Source: Prorocentrum cordatum (taxonomy: Eukaryota). From it: a stretch of DNA of 53,813 bases. The stretch's first letter is position 1, and every line of letters starts with the position of its first letter. Where the stretch lies: the NCBI GenBank assembly GCA_963575745.1, contig CAUYUJ010000286.1:62001-115813 (forward strand), given 5' to 3'. Below, piece by piece: positions 1 through 12,178 of this stretch. The notes below the pieces were generated by a model. That model had not been told where the DNA came from. It saw only the letters and a list, made by a program, of their open reading frames with translations, and ran no database searches. Made by a program: the position numbers and the translations under genes.

Positions 1-450
1 AGGGGGCCACGAAGGGCTGCGACGGGGCCACGAAAGGCAGCGAGATCGAGTCCTAGGTAATCTGTGAAGGAGTCCTAAGCGTGAGCGCGACTCCTGGGTG
101 CCTGGGTGTCGGGAGCGCAGCGCTGGAGTAAATTGCCAGAAATTCCAACGCAAGGGCGCTATTCTTCAGTAAATTGCAAGGAAGTCTCCAGCGATAGCGC
201 GACTCCAGAGCGCAGGAGGAGCGATTCCTTAATAAATCGCAAGGAAGTCGCAAGCGAGAGCGCGATTCTTGAATAATATGCGACGAAGTCTCGGGCGGGA
301 GCGGGGGTCCTGGCTAAATTGTGAGGAAGTCTCCAGCGGGAGCCGTTGTTGTTGTAACCCGGGGGCCAGGGGGCCAGTTTGAGCAGGAAGACTTTCCTTG
401 ACACAAAAAAAGGGTGCGAGCCCCAGGGGGGGCACTTCAATTGAAAAAAA
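1..450. repeat. Copy 1 of a ~450-bp direct repeat (end of 21-bp minisatellite plus ~400 bp non-tandem block)
   Basis: Matches 2785-3235 at offset 2783; near-identical conceptual ORFs 53..253 and 2836..3036; both end in cacttcaattgaaaaaaa. Confidence 0.9.
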
Positions 451-505
451 TATATGTGCACCGGTGTGGGGGGATCAACAACAATTATTCTTCAAGAGTG
501 AGAGT

Positions 506-507
506 TC

Positions 508-545
<38 letters not shown>

Positions 546-580
546 CCACCACCACCACCACCACCACCACCACCACCACC

Positions 581-626
<46 letters not shown>

Positions 627-689
627 CCACAACCACAACCACAACCACAACCACAACCACAACCACAACAACAACAACAACAACAACAA
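506..689. repeat. Compound microsatellite (CAA)n/(CCA)n/(CAACCA)n
   Basis: Directly visible. Confidence 0.97.
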
Positions 690-1472
690 TCATTTTACCC
701 GAACGCGTGGTGTTCTCCCCAGTGCCAGGGTTTTCATACGACACCAGGCAATACCCCCACTTCGTGGGGGGGCATTACAAGCTCTACCAAATATCCAAAC
801 GACTCTTCGCGACCACCCAAACCCAGCTTCCCGCCCTATGACGTTGGGACACTTCACTTCGTGGCGTGCGGACGACCGTGGCTACTACACTGGCGTGGGG
901 TACACACCCACAGAACCCAATGGTTTTTGGAGATTTCGGCGTGCGCGCGCGAAGAAAAAACGAATGTGTCCCGCATGGTATTATTTGACAGGGATGATGG
1001 CCCTGGCAGGTGCGCAACCGTTGTCGCAGAAGTTCGAAAAAGTTGCTCGCAAAAGCCCGTTTGACAGAAATGTTTAAAAAGTGTTGGGTTTCCTACGAAT
1101 CCGCAAGAGCGCGCGGGATGAGATTTTGACATTTTTTTGTTGAAAAACCATTGGTTTTTTGATGTTTTTATGTTAAAATCGCTTCCGAACACTAAGCTTT
1201 TGGAAGGATTTCGTCTTGCGCGCGCGAATGTCCACTTTACCTTATTTTTTGCAAGGGATTCTTGAAATTTGATTATATTAGAACAAGAAATGTCATTTTA
1301 TAGTGTTTTTTGCAAGGGAAAGCGGATTACAACAAAACAACCGGATCTGGACACACCCTTTTACCTGAGGCTTCCTCACGAAAATGATGAAAATGTGGCT
1401 GCGGCCTAGGCGCGGCGGGGGGGCGCGCACCAGGGGGCCCAACAATAATTATTCTTTAGAATAAATAATGTT

Positions 1473-1473
1473 C

Positions 1474-1554
<81 letters not shown>

Positions 1555-1569
1555 GACAACAACAACAAT
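1473..1569. repeat. (CAA)n/(CAACGA)n microsatellite
   Basis: Directly visible. Confidence 0.95.
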
Positions 1570-1797
1570 CATTGTAAAACTGTTCGCCCTCATCTGCTCG
1601 AGTGTCCAATAACGCCTATCTCCCAAACCCTCGATACCCGCCCTCTTCGTTTTCAATCGAACCCCTTCTGGGGGGACAACAACAACAACAATCATTTTAA
1701 GACTGTTCGCCCTTATCTGCTCGAGTGTCCAATAACGCGAATTTCCCAAACCCTCGATACCCGCCCTTTTCGTCTTCGATCGAACCCCTTTTGGGGG
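1567..1797. repeat. Two-copy ~123-bp tandem duplication
   Basis: aatcatt..actgttcgccc..atctgctcgagtgtccaataacgc..cccaaaccctcgatacccgccc..tcgaacccctt.tggggg occurs at ~1567 and ~1690. Confidence 0.9.
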
Positions 1798-2039
1798 GTA
1801 TACCTTTCTTCCATGCAGGCCGGGCCCCGGCAAGCGGCGGGGCGGCCGCGGACCGTCGGCCTGGCCAGCGGCAGCGCTGATCGGCGGGGCGGCCGCGGAC
1901 CGTCGACCCGACCCCAAGAGGGACGGACAGGGGACCGACCACGACGACGACGACGACGACGACGACGTCGACGACGACGACGGCGCGACGACGGCGACGA
2001 CGGCGACGACGAGCGAAAGCGAGAGCGAGAGAGAACGAC

Positions 2040-2823
2040 AGCAGGGCCACGAAGGACACTAAGTAGGCCACGAAGGGCGACAGCGGGGACACGAAGGGAA
2101 TGCGTATGGGGCCACGAAGAGCGCGAACGAGCGGGGGCCACGAAGGGCAGATAATGCGGGGCCACAGAAGGCAACGATGGGGCCACTGAGGGTAGCACCT
2201 GGGCCACGTAGGACAATGAGGGGGCCACAAACGGCGACAGCGGGGCCACGAAGGGCATGCACATGGGGCCACAACGGGCGCGAACGAGCGGGGGCCACGA
2301 AGGGCATACGTATGTTGGGCCGCGGAGGGTACGGACGGGGCCACTGAGGGCAGCAACGGGGACACGAAGGGCAGCGAGGGGGCCACGAAGGGCGACAGCG
2401 GGGCCACGAAGGGCATGCATATGGGGCCACCACGGGCGCGAACGAGCGGGGGCCACGAAGGGCATACATATATGGGGCCACGAAACAAAGCGAGGGGGCC
2501 ACGAAGGGCTGCAACGGGGCCACGAAGGGCAGCGAGGAGGCCACGAAGGGCTGCAACGGGGCCACGAAGGGCAGCGAGGGGGCCACGAAGGGCTGCAACG
2601 GGGCCACGAAACAAAGCGAGGGGGCCACGAAGGGCTGCAACGGGGCCACGAAACAAAGCGAGGGGGAAGGGCTGCAACGGGGCCACGAAGGGCAACGAGG
2701 AGGCCACGAGGGGCTGCAACGGGGCCACGAAACAAAGCGAGGGGGCCACGAAGGGCTGCAACGGGGCCACGAAACAAAGCGAGAGGGCCACGAAGGGCTG
2801 CAACGGGGCCACGAAGGGCAGCG
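2040..2823. repeat. 21-bp minisatellite with ggggccacgaa core
   Basis: Alternating units ggggccacgaagggctgcaac / ggggccacgaagggcagcgag / ggggccacgaaacaaagcgag; explains the long spurious ORFs in all frames. Confidence 0.93.
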
Positions 2824-3235
2824 AGATCCCGATTCCTAGGTAATCTGTGAAGGAGTCCTGAGCGTGAGCGCGACTCCTGGGTGCCTGGGTGTCGGGAGCG
2901 CGGCGCTGGAGTAAATTGCAAGAAATTCCAACGCAAGGGCGCTATTCTTCAGTAAATTGCAAGGAAGTCTCCAGCGAGAGCGCGACTCCAGAGCGCAGGA
3001 GGAGCGATTCCTTAATGAATCGTAAGGAAGTCGCAAGCGAGAGCGCGATTCTTGAATAATATGCGACGAAGTCTCGGGCGGGAGCGGGGGTCCTGGCTAA
3101 ATTGTGAGGAAGTCTCAAGCGGAAGCCGTTGTTGTTGTAACCCGGGGGCCAAGGGGCCAGTTTGAGCAGGAAGACTTTCCTTGACAAAAAACAAGGTGCG
3201 AGCCCCGGGGGGGGGCACTTCAATTGAAAAAAAAA
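2785..3235. repeat. Copy 2 of the ~450-bp direct repeat
   Basis: Aligns by eye to 1-450 with scattered substitutions. Confidence 0.9.
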
Positions 3236-3404
3236 ATGTGCCGGGAGCCCCTCCGCGCGCACCCCGCCGATCGGGCGCCGCCCCAGGGGCGCGGTGGAAG
3301 GTCTCCCCCGGGGCCGCAGGCGACCCGAGCAGGGGAGGAGGAGGAGGAGGAGGGGGAGGAGGAGGAGGAGGAGGAGGAGGAGGAGGAGGAGGAGGAGGAG
3401 GAGG

Positions 3405-3504
3405 NNNNNNNNNNNNNNNNNNNNNNNNNNNNNNNNNNNNNNNNNNNNNNNNNNNNNNNNNNNNNNNNNNNNNNNNNNNNNNNNNNNNNNNNNNNNNNNN
3501 NNNN
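3405..3504. other. Assembly gap (100 N) preceded by a (GAG)n tract at ~3335-3404
   Basis: Run of exactly 100 n. Confidence 0.99.
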
Positions 3505-4056
3505 TGGCCCGAGAGAGAGCCCCCAAAAGGGGCCCGTGGGAGCTCCAAGACGGTCCCACGCGCGCCCAAGAGCGCCCCACGGTGTAATGTTGGTGGCGCC
3601 GACAGGGGGACACGAATTAGGACCCTCCCTTCTCTGATCGATGCCTTCCTGGATGGCCCCCGAGAGAGCCAAAGATCGGCGGCGCGCCCAAAGGGGGGAA
3701 GGAGAGGGGGCGGGCCATCTCGGAAGGCTTAGAACTCCTCTGGTTTTCGGAGAAGTGTTTCAGGCCTTGCCCGAACACACAGAAATCCCTGGATCTGGGG
3801 TCAAATTGGTCCCGATGCAAAATGACAGTGGGCGTAAAGCGCCCAAACCTATCTCTCTCTCTCTCTCTCTCTCTCGTCGGCCGTCGTTGTACTCTCCGTC
3901 TCTATCTCCCCTCTCCTGCTCCGTCGTACTCCTCCTCCTCCCCTTCCTCCTCCTACTCTTTTACCTCCCCCTCCTGCTCCACCTCCTTCAGAAAACAACA
4001 TACACTTTAAAAGGATGTTTTACAAAACAACAAAAACTGATGAAACAAAAAAACGA

Positions 4057-4057
4057 G

Positions 4058-4150
<93 letters not shown>
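4057..4150. repeat. Poly(A) tract of ~94 nt
   Basis: Directly visible; length may be an assembly artefact. Confidence 0.95.
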
Positions 4151-4152
<2 letters not shown>

Positions 4153-4297
4153 TGGAGGAGACAGACTGCGAAGCGAATCCGTCCGACACATGGTTTTCAT
4201 TGCGTTGTTTGCGTATATTGTTTGTTTTGATTCGTTTGGTTCCTGGCAATTCCTTCTCTATCCTCCTAACTCGCCTCCTCGCTGCTCTCATGTACTC

Positions 4298-4805
4298 CGG
4301 CGCTGAACCCTTCAAGGCTCGCGCCACGTAGGCTTCGAGCGCAAAAACCGTCGAGCTCGCGCTCGTGGCGGTCGGGGCAGAACCGTTCGGAGCTCGTGCC
4401 AGATCGCGCTGTGAGCGCAGAACCCTTCGAGGCCCGTGCCCCCATGATCTACGGCGCTGAACCCTTCGGGGCCCGCGCCACTGGCGCTGAAGCCGTCGGG
4501 GCTGGCTTCGCGCAGGCTTCGAGCGCAGGACCCTTCGGGGCTCGTGCTCTCGAGTCTCTTGTGCTGAACCCTTCGGGGCCTGCGCGACAGGCGCTGAACC
4601 CTTCGGGGCGCGTGCCGCGCAAGTGTCGAGCGCAGAAGCCTTCGGGGCTCGCTCCCCTGAGCCTCAGAGCCCTCTGGGACCTGTGCCCACCGCGCCAGGC
4701 GCGCAGAACCCTTCGGGGCTCGCGCTCTCGCGCTCGCTGGCGCGGGGTCCGTGCCGGGGAAACCCACGGCGCAAAAACCCCGCGGGGGCTCGCACCGCGG
4801 GGTCC
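4298..4805. repeat. Degenerate ~30-35 bp tandem repeat, core gc(t/a)gaacccttcggggctcg
   Basis: More than ten recurrences of gaacccttcgggg or close variants. Confidence 0.85.
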
Positions 4806-5039
4806 GTTGTCTCGATTGTACAGTCGAGGCAATGCGCTTTTGACGAAGGGAACTGTGGTCTTCCATTGAAGCTGCGCCCTGTGCTCCAGCCCCGGCGCGC
4901 AGCATGGGCGCCGCGAGGCTTTCCAGATCTAAAGTGGAAGAGCATGTTCCACATCCCTGGCCTACAAAAGGGGGCGTCTACTTCCGCGTTCGTTTTCCAC
5001 GACAGTGTCGCACTGGTTCTATCTCTATTCGCGTCAATG

Positions 5040-5290
5040 TCTCGCGCCGCGCGCATGATAAAACATAGGGTTTCGCGCACGCAATATAGACGCGAATAGA
5101 CATTTTCATTACATAGCCACGATTCGATGCAGAAACGGATACGAATCTGAATGTAAAACAAACACGAGTTTCGAAATTAGACACGAAAGTATACACGGCT
5201 ATGAAATAGACACGGTAAGACATGTTTTGACACGGATAGACACGTCACGAAGAGACACGCAACAAAGCCCAAATCAAAATAGACACCGCG
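5040..5290. repeat. Degenerate short-period repeat with (a)atagacacg core
   Basis: Motif recurs every ~20-35 bp; related tract at ~6890-7145. Confidence 0.65.
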
Positions 5291-5570
5291 CGGCAAAAAC
5301 AAGCACGGAGTTGTTCTTGCCTTTTACCTCGCAACCCCTCTCGGCCATGCTCGGTTTACACAGCACATGCGACACTTGTGCGTCGAGAAAACGATATGCG
5401 CAAGTGCAATCACCTGCAAATCTAGCCGAGTGTATCTCCCAACAGCCAGGTGATGTCTGCTGGCCGCGATCTGGCTCGGAGGACCCCTCTGATGCGCCAC
5501 GGGGAAACCGAGACAGCGCCTACCGTGCAGCGCGGCAGACGCAAGCCAGCCGGGCTCGAACAGGAGAGTA

Positions 5571-5717
5571 GGGGGCCACACGAACCCTACCCCTACCCCC
5601 CACGATTTCCGAGGCGGAGGGTGGGGTTCACTTCGTTCGGGAGCTCACGAGCGAAGTGAACCCCACCCTCCTCTCAGAAATCGCGGGGGGTAGGGGTAGG
5701 GTTCACATGTGGCCCCC
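5571..5717. repeat. ~147-bp imperfect palindrome (foldback/MITE-like)
   Basis: gggggccaca..gaaccctacccctacccccc..ggtggggttcacttcg / cgaagtgaaccccacc..ggggggtaggggtagggttc..tgtggccccc centred on gagctc at 5641-5646. Confidence 0.9.
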
Positions 5718-8700
5718 GAGAGGGGACGACGGCCAGAGAGCGCGCCAGGGCACTCTGCTTCAGCTTTGCACCGGGTCCACTCGGTGGAGTGGCGGGAAAC
5801 GGAAAACAGACCCGCTCGGCGAGCATGTGGGATGGACGGGGCATTGAGACTGCGGGACACGGGCAACATCGAAGACAACATGGCGGGAATGCGGACGGGC
5901 GGGGCGGGCGGGTGGGTGGGGGAAGGAGGGGCGGAGAGGAGGAATGGGGAAGCGCGGGGCGGAGAGCATACGCATGGCTGGGAAGCAGCAGACACGCGAA
6001 CGAAAATGGAGGCACGGAGAGGAATGCGGGGGACCTCGGAGAGGTGGGAAAACGAGGGTCAACGAGAACTTTGCAATGATATCGGAGGGCTTACGCTGAA
6101 ATCGGGAGGAGTGCCGAGGAGGCGCGAGACTTGAGGTGGACGGAGAATAAATCAAGAATGGGAAAAATAGGGGCGGGCGTGGGAATCTTGGAACGAGGGC
6201 AGAGAAATTGACAGGGGGCCTTGGGGGGTGGGGCTCAGAAGACGTGGAAAGAGCACGCGAAACTAAGAGGGGGCGCATCGCGGAGTCGAGGGGGCGGCGC
6301 GGCGGGCGCGAACAAGGCGGGGGGAGCTGGAACGAGCGCGGTGGATATTGGGGGGAGGGAAAAGTGCGGATGAGAACGACTGACATCGGATGAATAGACT
6401 GGTCGCGCAGGAGTTCGAGAAACAATTGCGTAGAACAAAATCAAAGATGAGCCCAAAATAGCCCAAAGCACCTCCAAGATGGTGCACGAGTAGCCCACGT
6501 CACCGGAAGATTTGTCCAAGACGCCTCCAGACGGCCCATGGCGCCCTCGCCTCTCCCGCTTCTCGATGCTCGAAGACGGCCCAAGAGGCCCCTCATATAG
6601 ACCCGAAACGGCGCCAGAGGCTTCCGAGGGGACCCCAACACGGCCCAACATGGCACCAAGACGGCCCAAAACGTTTCCAACGCTTGCCAAGACGGCCCAA
6701 AACACTTCCTTTCGACACACCGTTGTTTGCCAGCTCCCCTGCGGGGAAAAGAAAAAAAAAAAACACAACATCGAGCTACATTGCAAGGGTGCTCCAATCA
6801 CAAGGGATTCGGCGATGAGTTTGACTGCTCTCCTCTGTTTGTAAGGTTGTGACACAACACATGCTGCACGGAAAACAAACGCGCGCCGCGATAAATATAC
6901 AAGACCATACATAAACACGAACGATTGCATTCTGGCAAAAATAAACACGAATTGACACGTTGCAAAAAAATACTTGTGCCACAAATAGACACGCTAGAAA
7001 TTAGATACGAATGGACATGAAAAAGAGACGAAAGCAGGCCCACTCCTGGGCCAGAATTAAACGTCTACCAAAATAGACACGAAAACCATGCCGAATATAT
7101 TTCTATAGAAAGTCGCAAACAGTATAAACACTCGAAAAACACGAGTCCATGTTGTATTTATCTGGTGGTCTGTAGGCCAGGGATGATTCGCGGAAGGCCA
7201 CCAAGACCAATAGAAACGCGGAAATCCTCGGATCTGGCAAACCGCGGGGCGCTGAAGCTGCGCCACAATGCAACTCGAACTCTTGTGGCCACATCAAAAT
7301 TATGAGCCCATACAGCAAAGTGGAAACATGGAGTTCGCAACACGCGCTAAACTCTACCACAACCAATAGAAACGCAAGAATCCGCGCAAGCAGGCGCCAA
7401 GGAAGAGAAGGCGGAGGCGGAGGGGGCGGTTGCTGATGAAGAGGTTTATTCTCGACGCAACCCATAGGCAAGAAAGGCCAGCAGCAGCAACACCACCATT
7501 ACGAGCACGAGCAGCACCAACAGCAGCAGCACCATCATCAGCAGCACGATCAGGAGCATCAACAGCACCAGCAGCAGCAGCACCACCAGCGGAATGGGAC
7601 GGGAAACGACAATACAAAGCTGACGAAATGCAATCACATCATATGATATTGAAAACGCCGATGTCGCAGAATGTGCACACTGTACAAGAGCCCTTGGACA
7701 CCAGAAACTGCCGATGTGGTTTGCTCTCTTGCGTTTGGGTTGCGCTGGCAAGACGCCCCCTGATCAGTCATCGCCCCCTCACCCTACGACGCCCCTTCCT
7801 CGGCGCCTGCGCGCGCGGACCCCGGCGTTTCGAATGTTCTGAAAGAGGTGCAGGCATTATGCGAAATACGTGTTTCCAAGTTGCTGTTTGTGCCAGTGCC
7901 TGTAAAAAGAATTGCACTAAGAGTTGCATTGGCAGTTGTAGTCGGGGCTGCAGTATGAGCCGCGGCAAGATCTGCGCCAAGAGCTCCAATAGAAGCTGTG
8001 GCCGGAGCTATCAGGGCCCAATACGGTACTTAAGGGTCAGCTGCACTGCGAAATGGAGTAAGAGCTGTAGTAACAAGTATCGCAGGAGCTGCAAAAATAG
8101 CTGCACTCTGGCAGATAGCTTCACCCGTCGCACAATGCATACCAGGAGCCACAATATGACCTGGAGCGAAATATCTAAAGAAGGCGAACTATGTCATCGG
8201 AAAATGAAGCGTGGAAAAAGCATGACGATGCACAGGAGAAGGAGCACGAGAAACGGGACTCTGCCTCCCGAATCCCCCAAACCCCCTCTCGCCACAAGTT
8301 TGATCCCTCTCTTCCTCAACCCTCCTCCGCAACTCCCACCCCCTGTTTCCTCAAATGCCCTCAGACGAAAAGGACTTGCATGGGAGTGGTCCCGAGAGCT
8401 GCAGAATCACCAGGGCAATACTAGGTATGATGGCCTATCAGGGTTTCAATCAGAGGGGGCGCTCGCGCGGATTGCAATCACACTTGTATATCTAGAATGC
8501 TAAACGATATCGGTCACTGAGAGAAGCGACGACGAGGGCTTGTAGAAGATGGACGAAGAGGAGGAAGATGAGTTGGACATGAGAACTGCAAATACTGACC
8601 ATGTTGAAACTTTTCGACCTTTGAATCTTCAACAACCGCCATCAGAAACATTCATCCTGCATCCTCCTCAACATTCCTCCGAAACCACCCTCTTCAACCT

Positions 8701-9899
8701 TCGTGGTTTAACATCCACGCCATGGGCCCATCAACATACCCCAGATCGGAAGCCCGTCCTCATGTCTAGAGGTTGCCATTTTTGAGCTAGCCCGATTTCA
8801 CCCAAAACCACATGGCCAGAGGGTTTCTATGAAGCCTCGCCGTGTTCTGAAAAGGCCCCCCCTCCCTTTTGATTTCTCACCCTCGCCCGCCACCGACCAG
8901 AAGGACCCAGGAGACTTCCAAAGGCCTCTTACTTAAAATAAAGTAATATAATTACATTATAGATATCTCAAAAAATGGGCCCCGCACAAACTGCCGAGAG
9001 GCTCCCGTACTGAAGAACCCGAGACAGCATTTATGGTTGTCTCCTGGGACTGATTAGACTGCTCCCCTCTGCGTTCCACTGCGCGCTCCTGCGCCCCCCT
9101 GATCAAAGCAACTCGCCTTGGAATGTGCTTTTGGGCACGCGGGCGCGCGAAGACGAATCAAATGCCGCGCAAGCCAAGGCGGGCCGCGCCGAAGCAGAGG
9201 GAGGAACAGCGAAGCGAGCGGCGCCGGGCCCAGGCGGAACTAGGCTCAACGCGGCCAAGATGGCGCGAGAGCCACGTCAATCAAAACTGCTGGCTGGCGG
9301 TCACGAATTTTGACGCGGCCGCCAATGGCTCGTCACCACCCTCGGCCTAAGCGCCCGCTAGTGACCCGAAGAGAAATCGAAAAGCGAAGCCTAAACCTGG
9401 AAACCCAAAGAGAGAGGGCGAGATCGATCGCGCGCCACATCGCAGGTGCAACAGGCAATCCCCGGCACAACCACACTCAGAAATGTTTTTCTTCCGAGAG
9501 GCGGACTGGCGCGACGTCGGTTCGACCGATATCCGTTTCGCCTGAACTCGCTTCGCCAGGACCCCCGCTGCCAAGACTCGTTCCGCCCACGGCTCGTCTC
9601 GCCCGACTAGCCGCGCCCAGCGCGCCGCGCGGGGAAACCTTAGCCGGGAAAGAGCACCCAGAGGTGCGGTCGCACATGGGCGGACGAACGAGCGGACCAT
9701 GAGGGGCGGGCGGGGGTTGGACCAGAGCAGGCGGGCGGGCGGACACTAACGGGCGGAAGGGCGGGAGGGCCTTCGGTTCGCTGCGGGAGCTATCTGATCT
9801 CTGAGAAGGCCTTTCGACCTCCCTATGGGGCGGTTTCTCGCGCAGTCGCGCGGCTCTCGCATCGCCAGATAGTTGCGCGCGTAGCCACAGTGGCGACAA

Positions 9900-10480
9900 T
9901 TCTCGCTACCATCATGCGAAGTGTTTGGCTCGTGCTTTGGGGCAGGGCGCTAGCGCGCGGCGCGGCTTTGCGCCCTGGGCGGGCTGCGAAGGGCTGCAAG
10001 AAAAGATTTCGCGCAGCAGGCAGGCCGCCGCTCTCGCGGGCGAGTGGGCGGGCTTCCGATGCAAAGTTGAATGATTTCCAGAGGGCGGCTGCTTGCGCGG
10101 CTCCGCATGGCCCATCTACGGCCACGCTTCAGTGCGTCTGAGGTCTGTCGCGCCGAGGACTGCGCCTGGTAGTTCGCCCTGGGTGACCACCGCTGCCTTG
10201 CTCGCGCCGCGCGCCAAGAATGGCGCGTCTTCCAAGCAACCCAGCGTTGCGTGGGGCAGCCTGAGCTCGGCGCGGATCCGCCTGCAATAGGTCATCAGGC
10301 TGGCCCCGTTTTGCACGACAAGTACGAATGCCCGATGCGTTGACTCTGCTGGTGGCCAGGGGTCTACCCCGACGTGATGGGCCACTTGCATCCACGGGCG
10401 CACCGGAGAGACGTGCTTGGATGCGCTGCGATGCCACGCAAGATGCTCGCGCCTCCAGAGCTACTGCGTCGCCGTGGCCC
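9900..10480 (-). pseudogene. Possible decayed tyrosine-recombinase (DIRS/Crypton-like) fragment
   Basis: Across frames: WMQVAHHVGVDPWPPAESTHRAFVLVVQNGASLMTYCRRIRAELRL (core-binding-domain-like), then LWKSFNFASEARPL and GRKAAPRASAL. Pattern recognition only; no catalytic HxxR seen. Confidence 0.3.
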
Positions 10481-11644
10481 CTGACATCTCGGGCCCAAAA
10501 TGGGCCGCTCGCCCCCAGGGTTGCTCGGCGCGACACCGCGGCCCTGTCTCGCGGAGAGCATCCCCTCTGGAGTGACGCGGCCCATGCGGATTGCGAAACC
10601 GCGTGGACCTCGAAGGGCGGCCGCTGGAACCTGTTGAAACAGACAAACACTTTCGACCGCGCGGTGGCCCGCGGCCTGCAGGCGATGCGATTGACGTTGG
10701 CCCCGGGGCCCCCAGCGCCATATAGACGCCGCTGCGAGCGCCAAGGGGGCCTCGGAGGGCCCCTCCTAAGCCCGGCGTGGAAAAGCGACACCGTCTCTAA
10801 GGCGAGCCCCAGGAGACGTTCGCTTCCAGGTCTGAATCGACTTTGCTGTCGGCGGACGCGTTCAAAACGCGAGTGGCGCGGGCCTGCGCACAGGCAGCCG
10901 CGGCTGCCCAAACGAGAAAGACGGGACGCCAGCAAGGCCTGCCCTCCACGGAAGCCCCCCCGCTGGCCGCGCGCGGCAAAAGGGCCCTCAAGCCATGTTT
11001 GGAATTCGAACTCGGCCCCGAACCCGAGCTTTATGTTTCACGAGAGTTCAAAGTTCGAGTTCGAACCCCGACTCGAACTCGAAATTCTGCACTCGGCAAT
11101 GTTTCAGGTTCGAGTTTGGCGCACAAGGTTTTAACTGGGACCCGGCGGTCAACCGTCAACCAGGTCACAGCCGGGACCCTCGTAGAGCTCTCGGAACGCG
11201 GAGTAGTGCCGAATACAAAGAGAAAGCTCAAATAGCAGCTTGAAACCCGGGAAAAATTATCGGTGTTATACGAGGCTCGTTCCCCCAAGTGTCTTCATAA
11301 TAATATTACAGCTAGAGACTTCAGAATTCAACAGGCCGACGCGCCAGAACCTACTACGAGTGCAGGAATACTGGAGCTGTGTAGCTTGCTTTCTGTTTGC
11401 GTTAAGTGCACGAGACAAGTATCATCTTGAAAAATCCATCCCGACGGCCGACGGTTTCCCCACGTTTGTGTTGGCAGTAATACTGCAGCTAGGGACCTGA
11501 AGATTTACAGTCAGACGCGGCACAAACCGCTCCACGTTACAGAAATCCGGGTTCCCAAAACGAATGTTCAAATCTCTCACAATCTCCAAATTAGCCTGGC
11601 GAAGGACCCAACCATATGCAGTTGTGGGTATCGCATTCGGGTGA

Positions 11645-12178
11645 GCCCCGTATGTGGGGGGGACGCATGCGAACTGCGCCACTGGGACCTTCGGTGGAGC
11701 TCCCTATGAGGCCACGAAACGCTGTACTGGGCGGGGGAGACGCATGCGAACTGCGCCACTGGGACCTTCGGTGGAGCTCCCTGTGGGGACACGAAACGCT
11801 CTACTGGGTGGGGGGGACGCATGCGAACTCCGCCACTGGGAACTCCGGGGAGCTAACTATGGAGCCACGAAACGCTTCTCTGGGTGCGGGGGGGGCGCAG
11901 AACTGCGCCACTGGGGCCTTCGGTGGAGCTCCTATGGGGCCACGAAAAGCTGCCCTGAGTGAAGGAACCGCATGCGGGCTGTGCCACTGGGACCTCCGGT
12001 GGAGCTCCGTATGAGGATATGAAACGCTGCCCTGGGGAACCGCATGGGGACTGTGCCACTGGAACCTTCGGTGTCGCTCCGTATGGGGCCACGAAACGCT
12101 GCCCTGGGTGGGGGAGCCGCATGCGGGCTGTGCCACTGGAACCTTCGGTGGAGCTCCCTGTGGGGGTACGAAACAATT
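11645..12178. repeat. ~77-bp tandem repeat, ~7 copies
   Basis: gcatgcgaactgcgccactgggaccttcggtggagctccctatggggccacgaaacgctg; gcatgc at 11665, 11742 and 11819. Confidence 0.93.

Noticed and set aside
398..4327. Long ORFs with poly-T/Q/P/N/K/F/V runs and VAP/GPRR repeats
   Set aside because: Translations of microsatellites, poly(A) and the 21-bp minisatellite; open in several frames on both strands.
7430..8503. 357-aa ORF with Ala-rich and Cys/Ser/Lys-rich segments
   Set aside because: Driven by (GCA/CCA)n and a decayed ~12-bp aagagctg repeat; no recognisable domain. An exon cannot be fully excluded.
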